DNA of 64,000 nt from an uncultured Planctomycetaceae bacterium (GTDB lineage: Bacteria; Planctomycetota; Planctomycetia; Planctomycetales; Planctomycetaceae), in the NCBI GenBank assembly GCA_963815195.1, contig CAWFGE010000011.1:1-64000 (forward strand), read 5' to 3'. The notes under the pieces were generated by a model that saw nothing but the letters and a program-made list of their open reading frames with translations, ran no database searches and was not told where the DNA came from. The position numbers and the translations under genes were made by a program. Below are positions 19,797-31,841 of the stretch, one piece after another (the first letter of the stretch is position 1; each line of letters opens with the position of its first letter).

Positions 19797-21292
19797 TTAT
19801 CTTACGGCGGGCGGCGGTTTTTGCAATTGTGAGTTCGCCAGGTGTTGCCGCAGTTGTCGGATCAGGTCGGGGCGGGAGTCGGCGATGTTTTGGCTGCTGT
19901 CGAGATTGCCGGAAAGATCATAAAGAGCCGTGTGGGGCTCGCCTTGTTTGGTCTTCCCGAGGATGAGGCGATGCGTGGCGGAGCGGATGCTGACGGCATC
20001 GCCCCAGTAACTGACCGCTGCCTCCCGCACACTCGAGGCTTCGCGTTGGAGAATCGGGACGAGGGATTTTCCGTCCAGCGGCCATTGAGTTTGCTGGAAC
20101 GTTGGGTGACAGAGATCGATCAAGGTCGGATACAGATCGATCGTTTCCACCAATGCGCTGGTTTTGCTGCCGGGGCCGGAGAGTCCGCGAGCGCGGATCA
20201 TCAGCACGCTGCGGTTGGCTCGTTCGAAGGGCGTGTGCTTGGCCCAAATTTCTTGCTCGCCCAAATGCCAGCCGTGATCGCCCCACACGATGACGACCGT
20301 GTTCTTGTCCAGGCCGAGTTTTTTGAGTTCCGCGAGCACCCGGCCGACTTGCCGATCGACATACCGCACGCAGGCATAATACGCCCGGCGGGCGGTGCGC
20401 TGGGCGGCGGGAGAGAGCGGATGCGTTTTCTTGAAGGGGGCGTCGTATTTGTAAAACTCGCCGCTCGCGTGCCAATAAGGCGAGCCGATCTTCCCTTCGG
20501 GCGGGAGCGGGATGTCGCTGTTTTCAAAGGCTTCCCAATCCCGGCGTGTCGCCACGAACGGCAAGTGCGGTTTGAAGAACCCCACGCCCAGGAAAAACGG
20601 TTCCGGCGAGGATTTGAAGGCCCGCAAATGGTCGATGGCCGTCGCCGCGAGCAGGCCGTCGGGAAGGTCTTCGTCCTTCTCGGCGGTGAACTCCATCAGG
20701 TCGCTATGGCCGCCGCCGTCTTCGCGATGTTTTCCATTTGCATAAGCGAAGAAAATCCCCCAGCCGCGTTTCCAGGGGCCGAACGGTGTGGGCAGTTCAT
20801 CCCAAGCGTTCGGGAGTTCCGGCCGGCCGTCGCCCGAACCGTTATACGCGTAGACCCGGCCGTCGGGTGTGTGGGAGATTTTGCCGATCGAGGCGGTGTG
20901 ATAGCCGGAACGCCGGAAAAGTTCAGGCAGCGATTGGGCACCCGGTTGCGGATTGGGTTTGAGGGCGGATTTGCCTTGATAGGCCGCGGCGTTATTTCGC
21001 GTGACGCCCGAATGGGCGGGGCTGCGCCCGTGAGCAGCGCATACCGCGAAGCTCCGCAAGTCGCGACTTGGACGTAATGCCGATCGAACACCACGGCCGA
21101 TTCCGCGAACCGGTCCAAGTTCGGCGACTGCGCCGCCTTCACGCCGTAACAACCGAGTTCCGGCCGCAGATCATCGATCGCAATAAACAGCACATTGTAA
21201 GGGTTGGTTTCCTCGCCCGCGGCGAAGCTCCATGAAACACACGAGGCGAAGGCCAACCACGGCCAGACGTAGGCCAATTTACTTTTCAGCAT
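19797..21292 (-). CDS. Secreted S1 sulfatase (iduronate-2-sulfatase-like; frameshift near 21030)
   Basis: NVLFIAIDDLRP, CGASRYALLTG, GKISH, GFFKPHLPF, WGDHGWHLGE. Confidence 0.9.
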
Positions 21293-22259
21293 TCGCGGGT
21301 TTCTCGGCTTCGGCGGATTTGTCTTGGGCGTCGGCCTCGATGGCTTTTTGGAGGCGGTTTTCGATCTCGGTCAACCGCTTCTTCATTTCCACGATGTCCT
21401 TCTTGAAAGCTTCGCGGGATTCCTTCGAAGCGTCTTTAATCGCGTTGTCATCGGTCGAATTTTCCAAGATCCGGCTCAAGCTCTGGACCATCCGCCCGGC
21501 CATTTCCAGGCCTCCGGTGTTAGCAGCGGGTCGGGCGGGTCGGGCGGCGCGTCCGCCAAAGCCACCGCCTGCAACGCCGCCGCCTCCAAATCTCGCGGCG
21601 GCGGCCCGGTTGATGTAGCCTTCGTATTGCTGGTAAATCTCGTGGCCTTTGGGGTGATTCTTTTTGAGTTCGTCCATGTTCTTGGCGGCGAATTTCTCGG
21701 TCACGTCCTTGCCGTTTTTCTTTTCGGTCGATGCGATTTTGATTTCGCCTTGGGGATCGACCTCGATTTTCACGGTCTTTTCCCCGTCTTGGGCATCGAT
21801 GGTTTTGACGCCGTTGATGGTTCGAATCGACACCCGCCGAACGCCCCTCCCGGGAAGTGGAAACGCGGGGATGGCAATTCGGTTGCGGATGCCGGCCGGG
21901 GCGGGTTGCGGTTGGGGCTTCGGCGTCAATGCGCTTTTGGCCCGGCGGGCGGTGGCCGGGTTTTTGCTGCCCGACAGTTTTTCCAAAGCGGACTTGGCTT
22001 CGTCCGCGGCGGTTTTGTCTTTCGATTCCATCAGGTTCTGGAGGATCTGAATCGACCGCACCGCCGTCTCCAAGTTGCCCGTTTCCGCGGCTTCGGCGAG
22101 GGCCGGGACCGCCTGTTTGCCTTGAGCTTCGAGCTTCTGGGCCGCCTGCTCGCGGTCCTGAAAGCCCTCGGCGTCAAGCTGTTTGATGAGATCGGAAACC
22201 TCATCCGCCGCCAAGGGACTGCACATCATCAACGCGATCAACAACACAACACATCGCAT
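21279..22259 (-). CDS. Secreted hypothetical protein with N-terminal HEAT-like repeats
   Basis: Signal peptide; LIKQLDAEGFQDREQAAQKL...AVPALAEA. Confidence 0.75.
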   Translation of the reverse strand: MRCVVLLIALMMCSPLAADEVSDLIKQLDAEGFQDREQAAQKLEAQGKQAVPALAEAAETGNLETAVRSIQILQNLMESKDKTAADEAKSALEKLSGSKNPATARRAKSALTPKPQPQPAPAGIRNRIAIPAFPLPGRGVRRVSIRTINGVKTIDAQDGEKTVKIEVDPQGEIKIASTEKKNGKDVTEKFAAKNMDELKKNHPKGHEIYQQYEGYINRAAAARFGGGGVAGGGFGGRAARPARPAANTGGLEMAGRMVQSLSRILENSTDDNAIKDASKESREAFKKDIVEMKKRLTEIENRLQKAIEADAQDKSAEAEKPANAEK

Positions 22260-22391
22260 AGCGCCGCTCCAAATTCGCGTGAAGGGGGGTTTTGACCGGG
22301 ATCACACCGCGCGCTATGTTATCAAAACCCGCCGCGCGATGCGCGGATCTCAGGCAAAAAGCAAAAAGTCTCTCCGCATTCGATGCGGGTC

Positions 22392-22774
22392 TTATCCGGG
22401 AAACTGGCTCGGGGAGACGCCCAGATCGACGATGCTGCAAGCCATGATGATCCGCAAACCCAACTCTTGGGCGCGGTCCAGGATTTCGTCGCTTTCGCTG
22501 CCGGGGTTGAACCAGACTTCCGCGGGCTCTAGGGCCTGGATTTCTTCGAGCAGGGTGACGCCGACGGCGGGCGGAAGATAAACGCTCACCCGGTCCACCG
22601 TGGACACCGGCAAATCCGCCAGCGAAGGATAGGCTTTGAGGCTTTCGATTTCCTCCGCGTGCGGATTGACCGGATAGACTTCGTATCCCTGATCTAAGTT
22701 GCGCGGACGGATTTGTTGCCGAACTTCTGGCGGTTCTGGCTTGCGCCGAAAATCGCCACCGTGGGTTTTTGCAT
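22392..22774 (-). CDS. CoA-binding protein (YccU-like; frameshift near 22698)
   Basis: TVAIFGASQNRQKFGNKSVRA, GYEVYPVNP, KAYPSLADLP, VWFNPG, AC. Confidence 0.85.
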
Positions 22775-22819
22775 TCCGGGCCTCGTCAGGTTCCGTGGAG
22801 TTAGACAAGCGGGTTTGCG

Positions 22820-22948
22820 TTAGACGTCGTCCAACAGCGACTGAAAGCCATTGTACTCGTTTTTCCAGTCCGCGTAACAACCCAACAGTCCGCAATCGAC
22901 GCATCGGCAGCCGAGATACAGCCAGCGCACGTCCACCTGGCGATGCCG
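22820..22948 (-). pseudogene. C-terminal remnant of a Cys-rich hypothetical protein
   Basis: RHRQVDVRWLYLGCRCVDCGLLGCYADWKNEYNGFQSLLDDV*, with no start or RBS. Confidence 0.5.
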
Positions 22949-22950
22949 GC

Positions 22951-23544
22951 TTACACGGCCGAGGCAACAGGCAGCTTCTGGTAATGCCGGGTGATGAGGT
23001 CGTTCTGCAGCCAGAGCAGTTTGTTGAAAGCCTGGATGGTCCGCCGCTCGGCCGCCCGGTCCAAGCCCAGGCTGAAAATTGTCTGAATCAACGCATCCGA
23101 GACAAAGCCCATGAGGGCGTTCATCTGCACCAAGGGCACGTCCAATTCCTTGCTGCCGGCGTTTGGCGTGTGAATCTCGCCGACGCGGTTGAGATAGCCC
23201 ACGAACTTGCCGTCGTAGGGTTTGGTCACGAGGTTGGTCAGATACCGGCCCAGATGCTGCTTGCGGAACTGGATCATCTCGTGATCCATCTCCAACGTCT
23301 CCAGGCTCGCGGGGACGTCGCCTTCATACCCCGTTTGGCGAGGCACGAAATGCCGTTTGGTGGCATCGTACGAAATCAACTGCTCGTACACGGCATCCAC
23401 CAGGCTGGGCACCCGAGGCGCCAAATGTCCGGCGGCCGCGTGCATCGCTTCCACATCGTCCTCGGCAAACCCCATGAACCCGCTGACGTATTCGAAGCGG
23501 TATCCCAGGTCGTTCTCCAGACGGGCTTCATCAATGTGCTGCAT
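22951..23544 (-). CDS. Stand-alone protoglobin-domain (sensor globin) protein
   Basis: FMGFAEDD..MH, LVDAVYEQL, YLNRVGEIH (proximal His), AFNKLLWLQNDL. Confidence 0.85.
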   Translation of the reverse strand: MQHIDEARLENDLGYRFEYVSGFMGFAEDDVEAMHAAAGHLAPRVPSLVDAVYEQLISYDATKRHFVPRQTGYEGDVPASLETLEMDHEMIQFRKQHLGRYLTNLVTKPYDGKFVGYLNRVGEIHTPNAGSKELDVPLVQMNALMGFVSDALIQTIFSLGLDRAAERRTIQAFNKLLWLQNDLITRHYQKLPVASAV

Positions 23545-23703
23545 CGTTCCGTTCTCGTTTTCTCGAAGGAGCAAAAAGTCCAGGACCACAAACCGCTGTG
23601 GTTCTCCGTTTGAGAAACGATAGAAGCATTAAAAGTGGATGTCAAGGTCCAGTTTTAGATTTTGGGGAAACCCCCGAAGCGATTTGGGCTGGGTCAGCAC
23701 ACG

Positions 23704-24090
23704 CTACTTGTCGAGGTTCCAGTCCGCGGTGTTGGTGTTGTCGGGTTTCACTTCAAACTCGAGCGTGGTTTCATCGTTGTATTTGCTGGGAATGTAGGAT
23801 TCGGAAATGAGTTCTCCGTATTGATCCTTCTCTCCCGTTTCGCGGACGGCGGTAATTCGCACTTTTTTCTTCCCGGGTTGGGATTTCAATTCAAAGGTGC
23901 CGTTCTGGATTCCGCCGCTGGCGGCACCGCCCACTCCGTCGATGGGGTCGAGCACAACCGAGCCGGATTCCAGAGGTTTCCCGTCATATTTCACGGTGCC
24001 TTTGACGGTATATTCCGGCAGTTTGGGCTCGCCTCCACAACCTGCGAGGAACGAGACAGCGAGACAGCCGATGAAGATTCGCAATACCAT
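23704..24090 (-). CDS. Planctomycete lipoprotein with carboxypeptidase-regulatory-like domain (DUF1559 partner)
   Basis: LAGC lipobox; VKGTVKYDGKPL, IPSKYN. Confidence 0.85.
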   Translation of the reverse strand: MVLRIFIGCLAVSFLAGCGGEPKLPEYTVKGTVKYDGKPLESGSVVLDPIDGVGGAASGGIQNGTFELKSQPGKKKVRITAVRETGEKDQYGELISESYIPSKYNDETTLEFEVKPDNTNTADWNLDK

Positions 24091-24214
24091 GAGTTCGTAA
24101 GTTTCCTTTGAGGAGAATGAGATGTATGAAAACAAAGCAAACGGCCTGCGCGCAGGACGGCAGGCCTGAAACCGGCACGATGAAACGAGGCCGGCGGTCG
24201 TGTTCGCGAATAGA

Positions 24215-25162
<948 letters not shown>

Positions 25163-25563
25163 AAGCAGGTTTCCTTTCGAAAGTCGGACGTGGAATGAAG
25201 AGGAACAAAAAATTAGACAGCAGAAATGTTCTGAAATAAGAAATCAAAAGAGGCTTGTGGACCAGGAAATTGGGGGTACAATGCAAAAATCCCACCCAAG
25301 GTGCAGATTGCGACCTTCAAGGTGGGACGTGGGTTGGTGAGGAAATTACTTTGACGGGTGAAACCTCACCAACCCCATTTCTTAAAATCATGGACAAAGC
25401 ATCCCATTTGGAAGGTCAAATGGTGCTCCGTCCAACATCAAACCCACCTGAGCGGAAAACGGATCGCAAAAGCGAAAAAAAATCCGGAAAAAAACGGAGC
25501 CGGGGAAAGGGAAACCTTCCCCCAGCTCCGCGGAATCGTTTCCTCGGCGGGCGGCAACTCATC

Positions 25564-27240
25564 CTAAGGCACGGCTTCCGGGCGGTCTGCCCGTTTCCAG
25601 AACCCCATCGCCCAAGTGCCGGCACCGCCTTTGAGAGCGCTGATCGCGATGGCGAGCAAAAAGCACCCCAATCCCGCAGCCAGCGGATAAAGCGCTTTCG
25701 GGCCCATTTCGATCAGTAGCCATTCCCAGAGCCGCGTGCTGCCGGTGACGAGCATCCCGCCTAATGAGACGCCCAAACCGTACAGCGACCACCGCTCGCT
25801 GCAGTACCACCAATAGAGTCCCGCGACGAGCGTCAATCCGCCCATGTAGCCGAACTGCCAGCCAAAGCGGGCGGCGTCCGGAAATTCATAGGTCAAGGCG
25901 GCGAGGCAAGACATCGCGAGCATCAGGGCCCCGGCTTTTCGCAGGAACCGGGCGAAGCCGTCGTGAAAGGTCGCGCCGATCACCAGCATCGCCAACAGCA
26001 GCAAATGATAGGGAATGACCTGTTGGAACAATGCCGTGTGCGGCACATCGGGCGAGAGGACCAGGGCCGCGATGGAAACCGCAACGCCCAGGAAGCAGCG
26101 TTTGGAATCCACGCGCACCAGGGCCAGGAGAAACTCCAAGAGCCCCGCGGCACGCAAGGCCCACAGTTGGGGTTCGCTCCCGTCCCCCAGTCGGAGAGAA
26201 TCGGGTTCGACGAACACGGCCACGAGCAGCATGGCCAGGCAGCCCCATTCGCCGAAGCGAACGCCGCGAATCCAGGCGTACGCATAAAACACGGCGAGGC
26301 TGCACACCGTCAAAAACAACGGCGCGCCGGCCAACGCGGTGAGTTCCACGAGGAAATGCCGGGAGACCGGGCTGCCGTCGCCCGCCGCCTGGGCAAGAAA
26401 CACCAGGCCAAAGCCGGCGGCCATCACCAATCGTCTGAGGACTTTCGAGCGGTGCACGAGGGCGAGTTCGAGCAGAAGCACCAACCCCGCCAGCAGAAAC
26501 GGCACCAAGGTATAAAGCCCGAAGGTGCTGTTCATCCCGGCGGCCGGGTCGAACGAGATGCTGAGCACGTAGGCCCGCGCGCAAACCGCCAGCGCGAGAA
26601 ACGCGAACATCGGCCACGGAACCCAAGGCCAGCGCCAGGGCGTGCCGTTGGGCAAGGTGTAACTCGCCCCCCGGCGGACCGCCGGGATCAAGGCCAAAAA
26701 CGGAACCGCCGCCGCGGCGGGAAACAGCAGGATCCGCCAGCGCAACACGTCCACCGGCAGCTCGGTGACTTCCGGCGACACCCACAGCGGGTACCCGAAA
26801 AACAAGCCGAGCAGCAAATAATAAGGCCCCCGGTAAAGCGCCGGCAGCCTGATCTGAAGCCCCCGCAAGAGCCCTTCCGAAATCACCACCGAAAGACAAA
26901 AGCCGAATAGTAAAAGTCCCTGACCTAACTGCGAGGTGGTGTTGACGATTTCATCAAAGCTGACCGAGAGGGCCAAAAACAAGAACAATAAAATCAATAA
27001 CAGCGAGCGGGCATCTTCCCAGACTTTGCCGAACCGCACGATGGCAAACGCCGTGAGCGCGGCGACGAGCGTGTAGCCGCTCAAGGCGGCCAAGAGGGCC
27101 CAGGGGTCGATCAACTCGCCCGCCGCGGGATGAAACGCCGCCTGAAGCCCGTAGAGCACCAAACAGGTGCTGATGAGATAAAAGGGGTTGTGGTTATATA
27201 AAAGCCGCACGACCCCCGGCATTTTGGATTGAGTTCGCAT
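25564..27240 (-). CDS. Multi-pass membrane protein of unknown function
   Basis: 558-aa ORF with many TM segments; LYNHNPFYLIS, VWEDARS. Confidence 0.8.
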   Translation of the reverse strand: MRTQSKMPGVVRLLYNHNPFYLISTCLVLYGLQAAFHPAAGELIDPWALLAALSGYTLVAALTAFAIVRFGKVWEDARSLLLILLFLFLALSVSFDEIVNTTSQLGQGLLLFGFCLSVVISEGLLRGLQIRLPALYRGPYYLLLGLFFGYPLWVSPEVTELPVDVLRWRILLFPAAAAVPFLALIPAVRRGASYTLPNGTPWRWPWVPWPMFAFLALAVCARAYVLSISFDPAAGMNSTFGLYTLVPFLLAGLVLLLELALVHRSKVLRRLVMAAGFGLVFLAQAAGDGSPVSRHFLVELTALAGAPLFLTVCSLAVFYAYAWIRGVRFGEWGCLAMLLVAVFVEPDSLRLGDGSEPQLWALRAAGLLEFLLALVRVDSKRCFLGVAVSIAALVLSPDVPHTALFQQVIPYHLLLLAMLVIGATFHDGFARFLRKAGALMLAMSCLAALTYEFPDAARFGWQFGYMGGLTLVAGLYWWYCSERWSLYGLGVSLGGMLVTGSTRLWEWLLIEMGPKALYPLAAGLGCFLLAIAISALKGGAGTWAMGFWKRADRPEAVP

Positions 27241-27795
27241 CGGACGCCTCCCTCAAATCGCGAAAACAAGATTTGGGAAACCTTTACGAGATGATTTCCC
27301 ATCCCTGAAGGCGAACATCCGGAGGCGCGCGGGACCGGGGAACGGGGCGCGGGGCTGTTTCGCTTTTGCCGCGAAATCCCCCGCCGCGGAGAAGCGGGCC
27401 GAAAGCTAAAACCAACCGAGAGGGCATGCTGACCCTCCGCGTCATAAAAACGAGTTCCGGCTTCCAAGAACAGAGAAGCCGTCACAGGAAAAAGAAAGGC
27501 ATGATCGGAAAGGAAATCTGCAAGAACGTGGGAAACCACACCTTCATTCTGCGAAGGCGGAATCCAAAGTGCAAGAGGATTCCCGGCGTTTAGGCGGCGG
27601 CTCTTTCGTCGGAGGGGATGCAACAAAATCATGGTTCACAGAATGTCTGGGATTCTGTGGACCATGATTTTGTAATGAATGGGTCCGCATCGCGCTTGAA
27701 CTCGCCAATCGGCACGGATCGTCCTTATAATCGGAAACGTTGCCGAGGAAACCGGCCGGCTCTCGATCTGTGATCTTTGTGAGAGGAATCACCGT

Positions 27796-29214
27796 ATGAA
27801 GAACCTAGGCGTTGTTCTTTTTGTGCTGGGCTTCGCGACATCGGCGCTGGCGGAGAACAAACCCAACATCGTTTACATCATGTCCGACGAACTCGGCTAT
27901 TATGAGTTGTCCTGCTTGGGGAATCCGCATATCCAAACGCCGCGAATCGACCGCATGGCGAAAGAGGGCATCCGCTTTACGCAGGGCCTGGCGGGTTCCT
28001 CGCTGTGCGCTCCCACCCGCTGTTGCCTGATGACCGGCAAACACAGCGGCCACACGTCCGTCCGCTTGAATGGCGGCGGGACGCCAATGCGGGCCGGGGA
28101 GCAAACGGTCGCCTCGATCTTGAAGAAAGAAGGCTACGCCACAGGCGGGTTCGGCAAATGGGGCTGCGGCGGGCGCGGCTCCACCGGCGTCCCGGAAAAG
28201 CACGGCTTCGATGTGTTCCTGGGGTACTACGACCAGGTCCACGCCCATAGTTATTATCCGCCTTACATCGTCCGCAACAGCGAGGAAGTCCCGCTCAAAA
28301 ACAACCGCGGCGGCAGCGACGGCGAGACGTATTCCCATTATGTCATTGTGGAAGCGGCCAAGGATTTCATTCGCCAGAATAAAGACCGACCGTTCTTCTG
28401 CTACATGCCGATCACACCGCCGCACGGCATCTTTGACATTCCCGGCACAGATCCCGCGTGGGCGATCTACAAGGACAAACCTTGGCCCGAGCAAGCCAAA
28501 CGCTTTGCGGCGATGGTCAGCATGGTGGACCGCCAGGTGGGCGAGGTGCTGGATTTGCTTCGCGAGTTGGATTTGGAACAGAACACGCTGGTGTTATTCT
28601 GCGGCGACAACGGGGGCAACGATTATTTCCGCGATGACCAGCATCCCCGCGGATTTCATGGCGCGAACGTCAATCCCCGAACCGGCGTGGAGTTTCGCGG
28701 AAAGAAAGGCAATCTCTATGAAGGCGGCCTGCGGATTCCGATGATCGCCCGCTGGCCGGGAAAAATTGAACCGGGACGCGTGAGCGATCGGTTGTGGTAT
28801 TTCCCCGACGTGCTCCCCACAGTCGCAGAGTTGGCGGGCGCGACGCCGCCCAAAGACAGCGACGGCGTGTCGATCGTGCCCGAACTGCTGGGCGAGAAAG
28901 CGGCCGGGCGAAAGCAGCCTGAGCATCAATACCTCTATTGGGAACTCAACGGGCAAACGGCGGTCCGCATGCAGAATTGGAAAGCCATCCAGCCCGGCAA
29001 GAATCGGGCGTGGGAACTTTACGATCTCAGCCAAGACATCAGCGAGCGGCACGACCTGGCCCAGGCGAAGCCCGATGTCCTCGCCAAGCTCAAATCCTTT
29101 GCCCAACAGGCTCACACTCCGGTCCAGGAAGGCGTGTTCTTTGACCGCGAAATTCACGAGAAAGACCGGCGGGCGAAGTTCGGCGGAAAGCGAGCCGCCC
29201 AACGAAGACCGTGA
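27796..29214 (+). CDS. Secreted arylsulfatase (S1)
   Basis: KPNIVYIMSDELGY, CAPTR, GKWG, DNG, LYEGGLRIP. Confidence 0.95.
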   Translation: MKNLGVVLFVLGFATSALAENKPNIVYIMSDELGYYELSCLGNPHIQTPRIDRMAKEGIRFTQGLAGSSLCAPTRCCLMTGKHSGHTSVRLNGGGTPMRAGEQTVASILKKEGYATGGFGKWGCGGRGSTGVPEKHGFDVFLGYYDQVHAHSYYPPYIVRNSEEVPLKNNRGGSDGETYSHYVIVEAAKDFIRQNKDRPFFCYMPITPPHGIFDIPGTDPAWAIYKDKPWPEQAKRFAAMVSMVDRQVGEVLDLLRELDLEQNTLVLFCGDNGGNDYFRDDQHPRGFHGANVNPRTGVEFRGKKGNLYEGGLRIPMIARWPGKIEPGRVSDRLWYFPDVLPTVAELAGATPPKDSDGVSIVPELLGEKAAGRKQPEHQYLYWELNGQTAVRMQNWKAIQPGKNRAWELYDLSQDISERHDLAQAKPDVLAKLKSFAQQAHTPVQEGVFFDREIHEKDRRAKFGGKRAAQRRP

Positions 29215-29254
29215 TTCCTCGATCACTTCCAACAATTCCCGAAAGGCGATTCTG

Positions 29255-30214
29255 ATGCAGCGATGGATTTCCTTGAGCCTGGCGATGCTCTTCGCGGTGT
29301 TGGCCTATACAGCGATTCTCGGCCAACCGGGAAGACGCCCTCCCGGTCCGCCGCGCCGCAGACATACCGTCAATCAGTCCCCCGGGAAATTGAACCTCGT
29401 GCCTGCGACAAAGAAACCGGGGAGCGCCAATCGAGTATCCATCACGGTTGAAGGAAACGAGCGCGTGATTCGCGCCAATGGAATCCCCCAACATGACACC
29501 GGCGCGTTTCCGAATCCCGGGAATCCGCACCGCATCGCCGAGCAATCCTATGTGTACCGGATCCCCGCCCATCCCAAAACCGCAGACCGAACAACACCCT
29601 TGCGGATGCACAATTTCGGGATCGCCGTGAATGGAGTGCCGTTCGATCCGGGGGCGGCGGAATGGTATCTCGGCGATCCGATGAGCCCCTGGCAGTATGA
29701 GCCGTTGTCGGGAGCGATTGCCTTGGGCATCGATGTCAGCCACGCGCACGTTCAACCCACCGGTGCTTACCACTACCACGGCTTGCCCACCGGCTTGTTG
29801 TCTTCCGTGAAGATCGCTGCGGACCGCCATTCTCCGCTCGTGGGCTGGGCGGCCGACGGCTTTCCCATGTACGCCGTGTATGGCTATGCCGACCCGAAGG
29901 ATCCCAACTCGAAGATCAAACCGCTGAAATCCAGTTATCGCCTCAAAAAAGGAAAGCGTCCCGGCGGTCGCGGCCAACCGGGCGGGCCATTCGACGGCAC
30001 CTTCGTTGCGGATTATGAATTTGTGGATGGAAGCGGCGACCTGGATGAATGCAACGGGCGATTTGCCGTGACCCCCGAATTCCCACAGGGGACCTACGCT
30101 TACTTCTTGACCGAAACCTGGCCCGTGATTCCCCGCTGTTATCGCGGAACGCCGTCCGAGGATTTTGTTCGCCGAGGTCCGCCTCCTCGTCCCGGCATTC
30201 GATTCAGGCGGTGA
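29255..30214 (+). CDS. Secreted YHYH-domain protein
   Basis: NGIPQH, GIAVNGVPFDP, HAHVQPTGAYHYHG, GWAADGFP, GDLDECNG. Confidence 0.92.
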   Translation: MQRWISLSLAMLFAVLAYTAILGQPGRRPPGPPRRRHTVNQSPGKLNLVPATKKPGSANRVSITVEGNERVIRANGIPQHDTGAFPNPGNPHRIAEQSYVYRIPAHPKTADRTTPLRMHNFGIAVNGVPFDPGAAEWYLGDPMSPWQYEPLSGAIALGIDVSHAHVQPTGAYHYHGLPTGLLSSVKIAADRHSPLVGWAADGFPMYAVYGYADPKDPNSKIKPLKSSYRLKKGKRPGGRGQPGGPFDGTFVADYEFVDGSGDLDECNGRFAVTPEFPQGTYAYFLTETWPVIPRCYRGTPSEDFVRRGPPPRPGIRFRR

Positions 30215-30348
30215 ATCAGTGGATGCCCTGTTGCCAAGCCTCCGCGGCAGGCTACCAATTGAACGAGCTCGCGTTATACTAACGGAATCCGCCGGATTGG
30301 GCGTCTTTCGATAACTCCTGTTTTGTCCTTGGTTTACGAGCAGACAGC

Positions 30349-30597
30349 ATGGCGAATCTCAATAAATACGATCCGCGTCTGGAATCGCTGGTGATCGAAA
30401 CCCGCACGTTCTGGGATCCGTCCGTCGGGGAACTGACCGATGAGGATCGCCGCTGGTTGGCCGGTTCGCTGCATCGGCATCCCGAATTGGCCTCGAACGT
30501 GAAATACGAGCGGTCCCACACGGGCTTCACCCGCGAAATCACCGTGACGGTCGCCGACATCGAACGGCTGTATCAGGATCGGCTCGGCGCTTCCTAA
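30349..30597 (+). CDS. Small hypothetical protein
   Basis: 82-aa ATG ORF with genome-typical codon usage. Confidence 0.55.
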   Translation: MANLNKYDPRLESLVIETRTFWDPSVGELTDEDRRWLAGSLHRHPELASNVKYERSHTGFTREITVTVADIERLYQDRLGAS

Positions 30598-30842
30598 CCC
30601 GTCGCCTCGCCAGCCGCGTTTCTCAACGCTTCGGCAAGGGCGAGGTTCGATGCTGCGCACTTTCTCTTTGAAAAAACTGCCTCGGCACGGCGTATAAAGA
30701 TGTGAGCCAGGCTCCGCGCACCTCTCTTCGTCCCAATCCCGATGCCGCCTGTCTCCCGGCGGGGCGAGCGGATATAATACCTTTGCCCCCATCCAAAATC
30801 TGTTGACGATCTTTTGAACCATAAAGCAATCGAAATGGGATC

Positions 30843-31817
30843 ATGGCTGAACAATACGAGATTGACGGCGTAAACCTGCACTTGGGCCAACCGGATTCCT
30901 CTCAGGGAGAATGGATCGGGCAGCGGGAAGTTTTGAAGCAGGTCCTGGCGTGCTGGCTCGTCATCGACGAGAAAGACCTGCCGCTCGCGCCCCGGTTGGT
31001 CGGGGCGCCGGGCATCGGCAAGACAACGCTCGCGATCGCGGCGGCCCGGGTCCGGCAGCAATCGCTGTACATCTACCAATGCACCGCCGACACCCGCCCG
31101 GAAGACTTGCTCGTGACGCCGGTCTTGGGCGAAAAGGGCACGATCAAATACCACGCATCGCCTATGGTGTCGGCGATGATCAAGGGCGGGATCTGCCTGT
31201 TGGACGAGGGCAACCGCATGAACGAAAAGTCCTGGGCGAGCCTGGCGCCGCTCTTGGATCATCGCCGATACGTGGAATCGATCGTCGCCGGGATCACGAT
31301 TCCCGCCCATCCCGATTTCCGCTGCGCGGTGACGATGAATGAGGATGAATCCACCTTCGAGATCCCCGATTACATCCTCAGCCGCTTGCAGCCCACCTTG
31401 ACCTTAGGTCATCCCAACCGCGCGGACGAGTTGGCGATCCTCCAATATCACCTGCCGTTCGCCACCGAGGAAATGCTGAACCTCACCGTGGAGTTCCTGC
31501 AGGAGGCCCACGAGCTGAAACTCGATTTCTCCACGCGCGACGGCATCAACGTGATGCGGTACGCCCTCAAGCGCATCGCCGCCGACCCGGATCACCCCTT
31601 GAGCAAAGACGCCGCCTGGCAGGAGGCGCTGCAAAGTTGCCTGGGCGAAGAGGCCCTCGATCTCCAATCCCTCGCCGACCGCAAAAACCAGACCCTGGGC
31701 GGCAACGTGGTCCCAATGGGCTTAGGGGATTTCTTCTTCTCCCCCGGCGACCCGTTGCACCCCGACTACGAAGATGACGATGACGATGACTTCGACGAGG
31801 ACGATGAGGATTATTGA
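30843..31817 (+). CDS. MoxR/CbbQ-type AAA+ ATPase
   Basis: [36 protein letters not shown]; acidic tail. Confidence 0.9.
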   Translation: MAEQYEIDGVNLHLGQPDSSQGEWIGQREVLKQVLACWLVIDEKDLPLAPRLVGAPGIGKTTLAIAAARVRQQSLYIYQCTADTRPEDLLVTPVLGEKGTIKYHASPMVSAMIKGGICLLDEGNRMNEKSWASLAPLLDHRRYVESIVAGITIPAHPDFRCAVTMNEDESTFEIPDYILSRLQPTLTLGHPNRADELAILQYHLPFATEEMLNLTVEFLQEAHELKLDFSTRDGINVMRYALKRIAADPDHPLSKDAAWQEALQSCLGEEALDLQSLADRKNQTLGGNVVPMGLGDFFFSPGDPLHPDYEDDDDDDFDEDDEDY

Positions 31818-31841
31818 TCGCTTCACCGGGGAGGACCAATC

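Noticed and set aside
31760..31817. Acidic MoxR tail ending in Tyr as a proteasome-docking HbYX motif
   Set aside because: The ending DEDY does not match hydrophobic-Tyr-X, and no proteasome genes are in the window.
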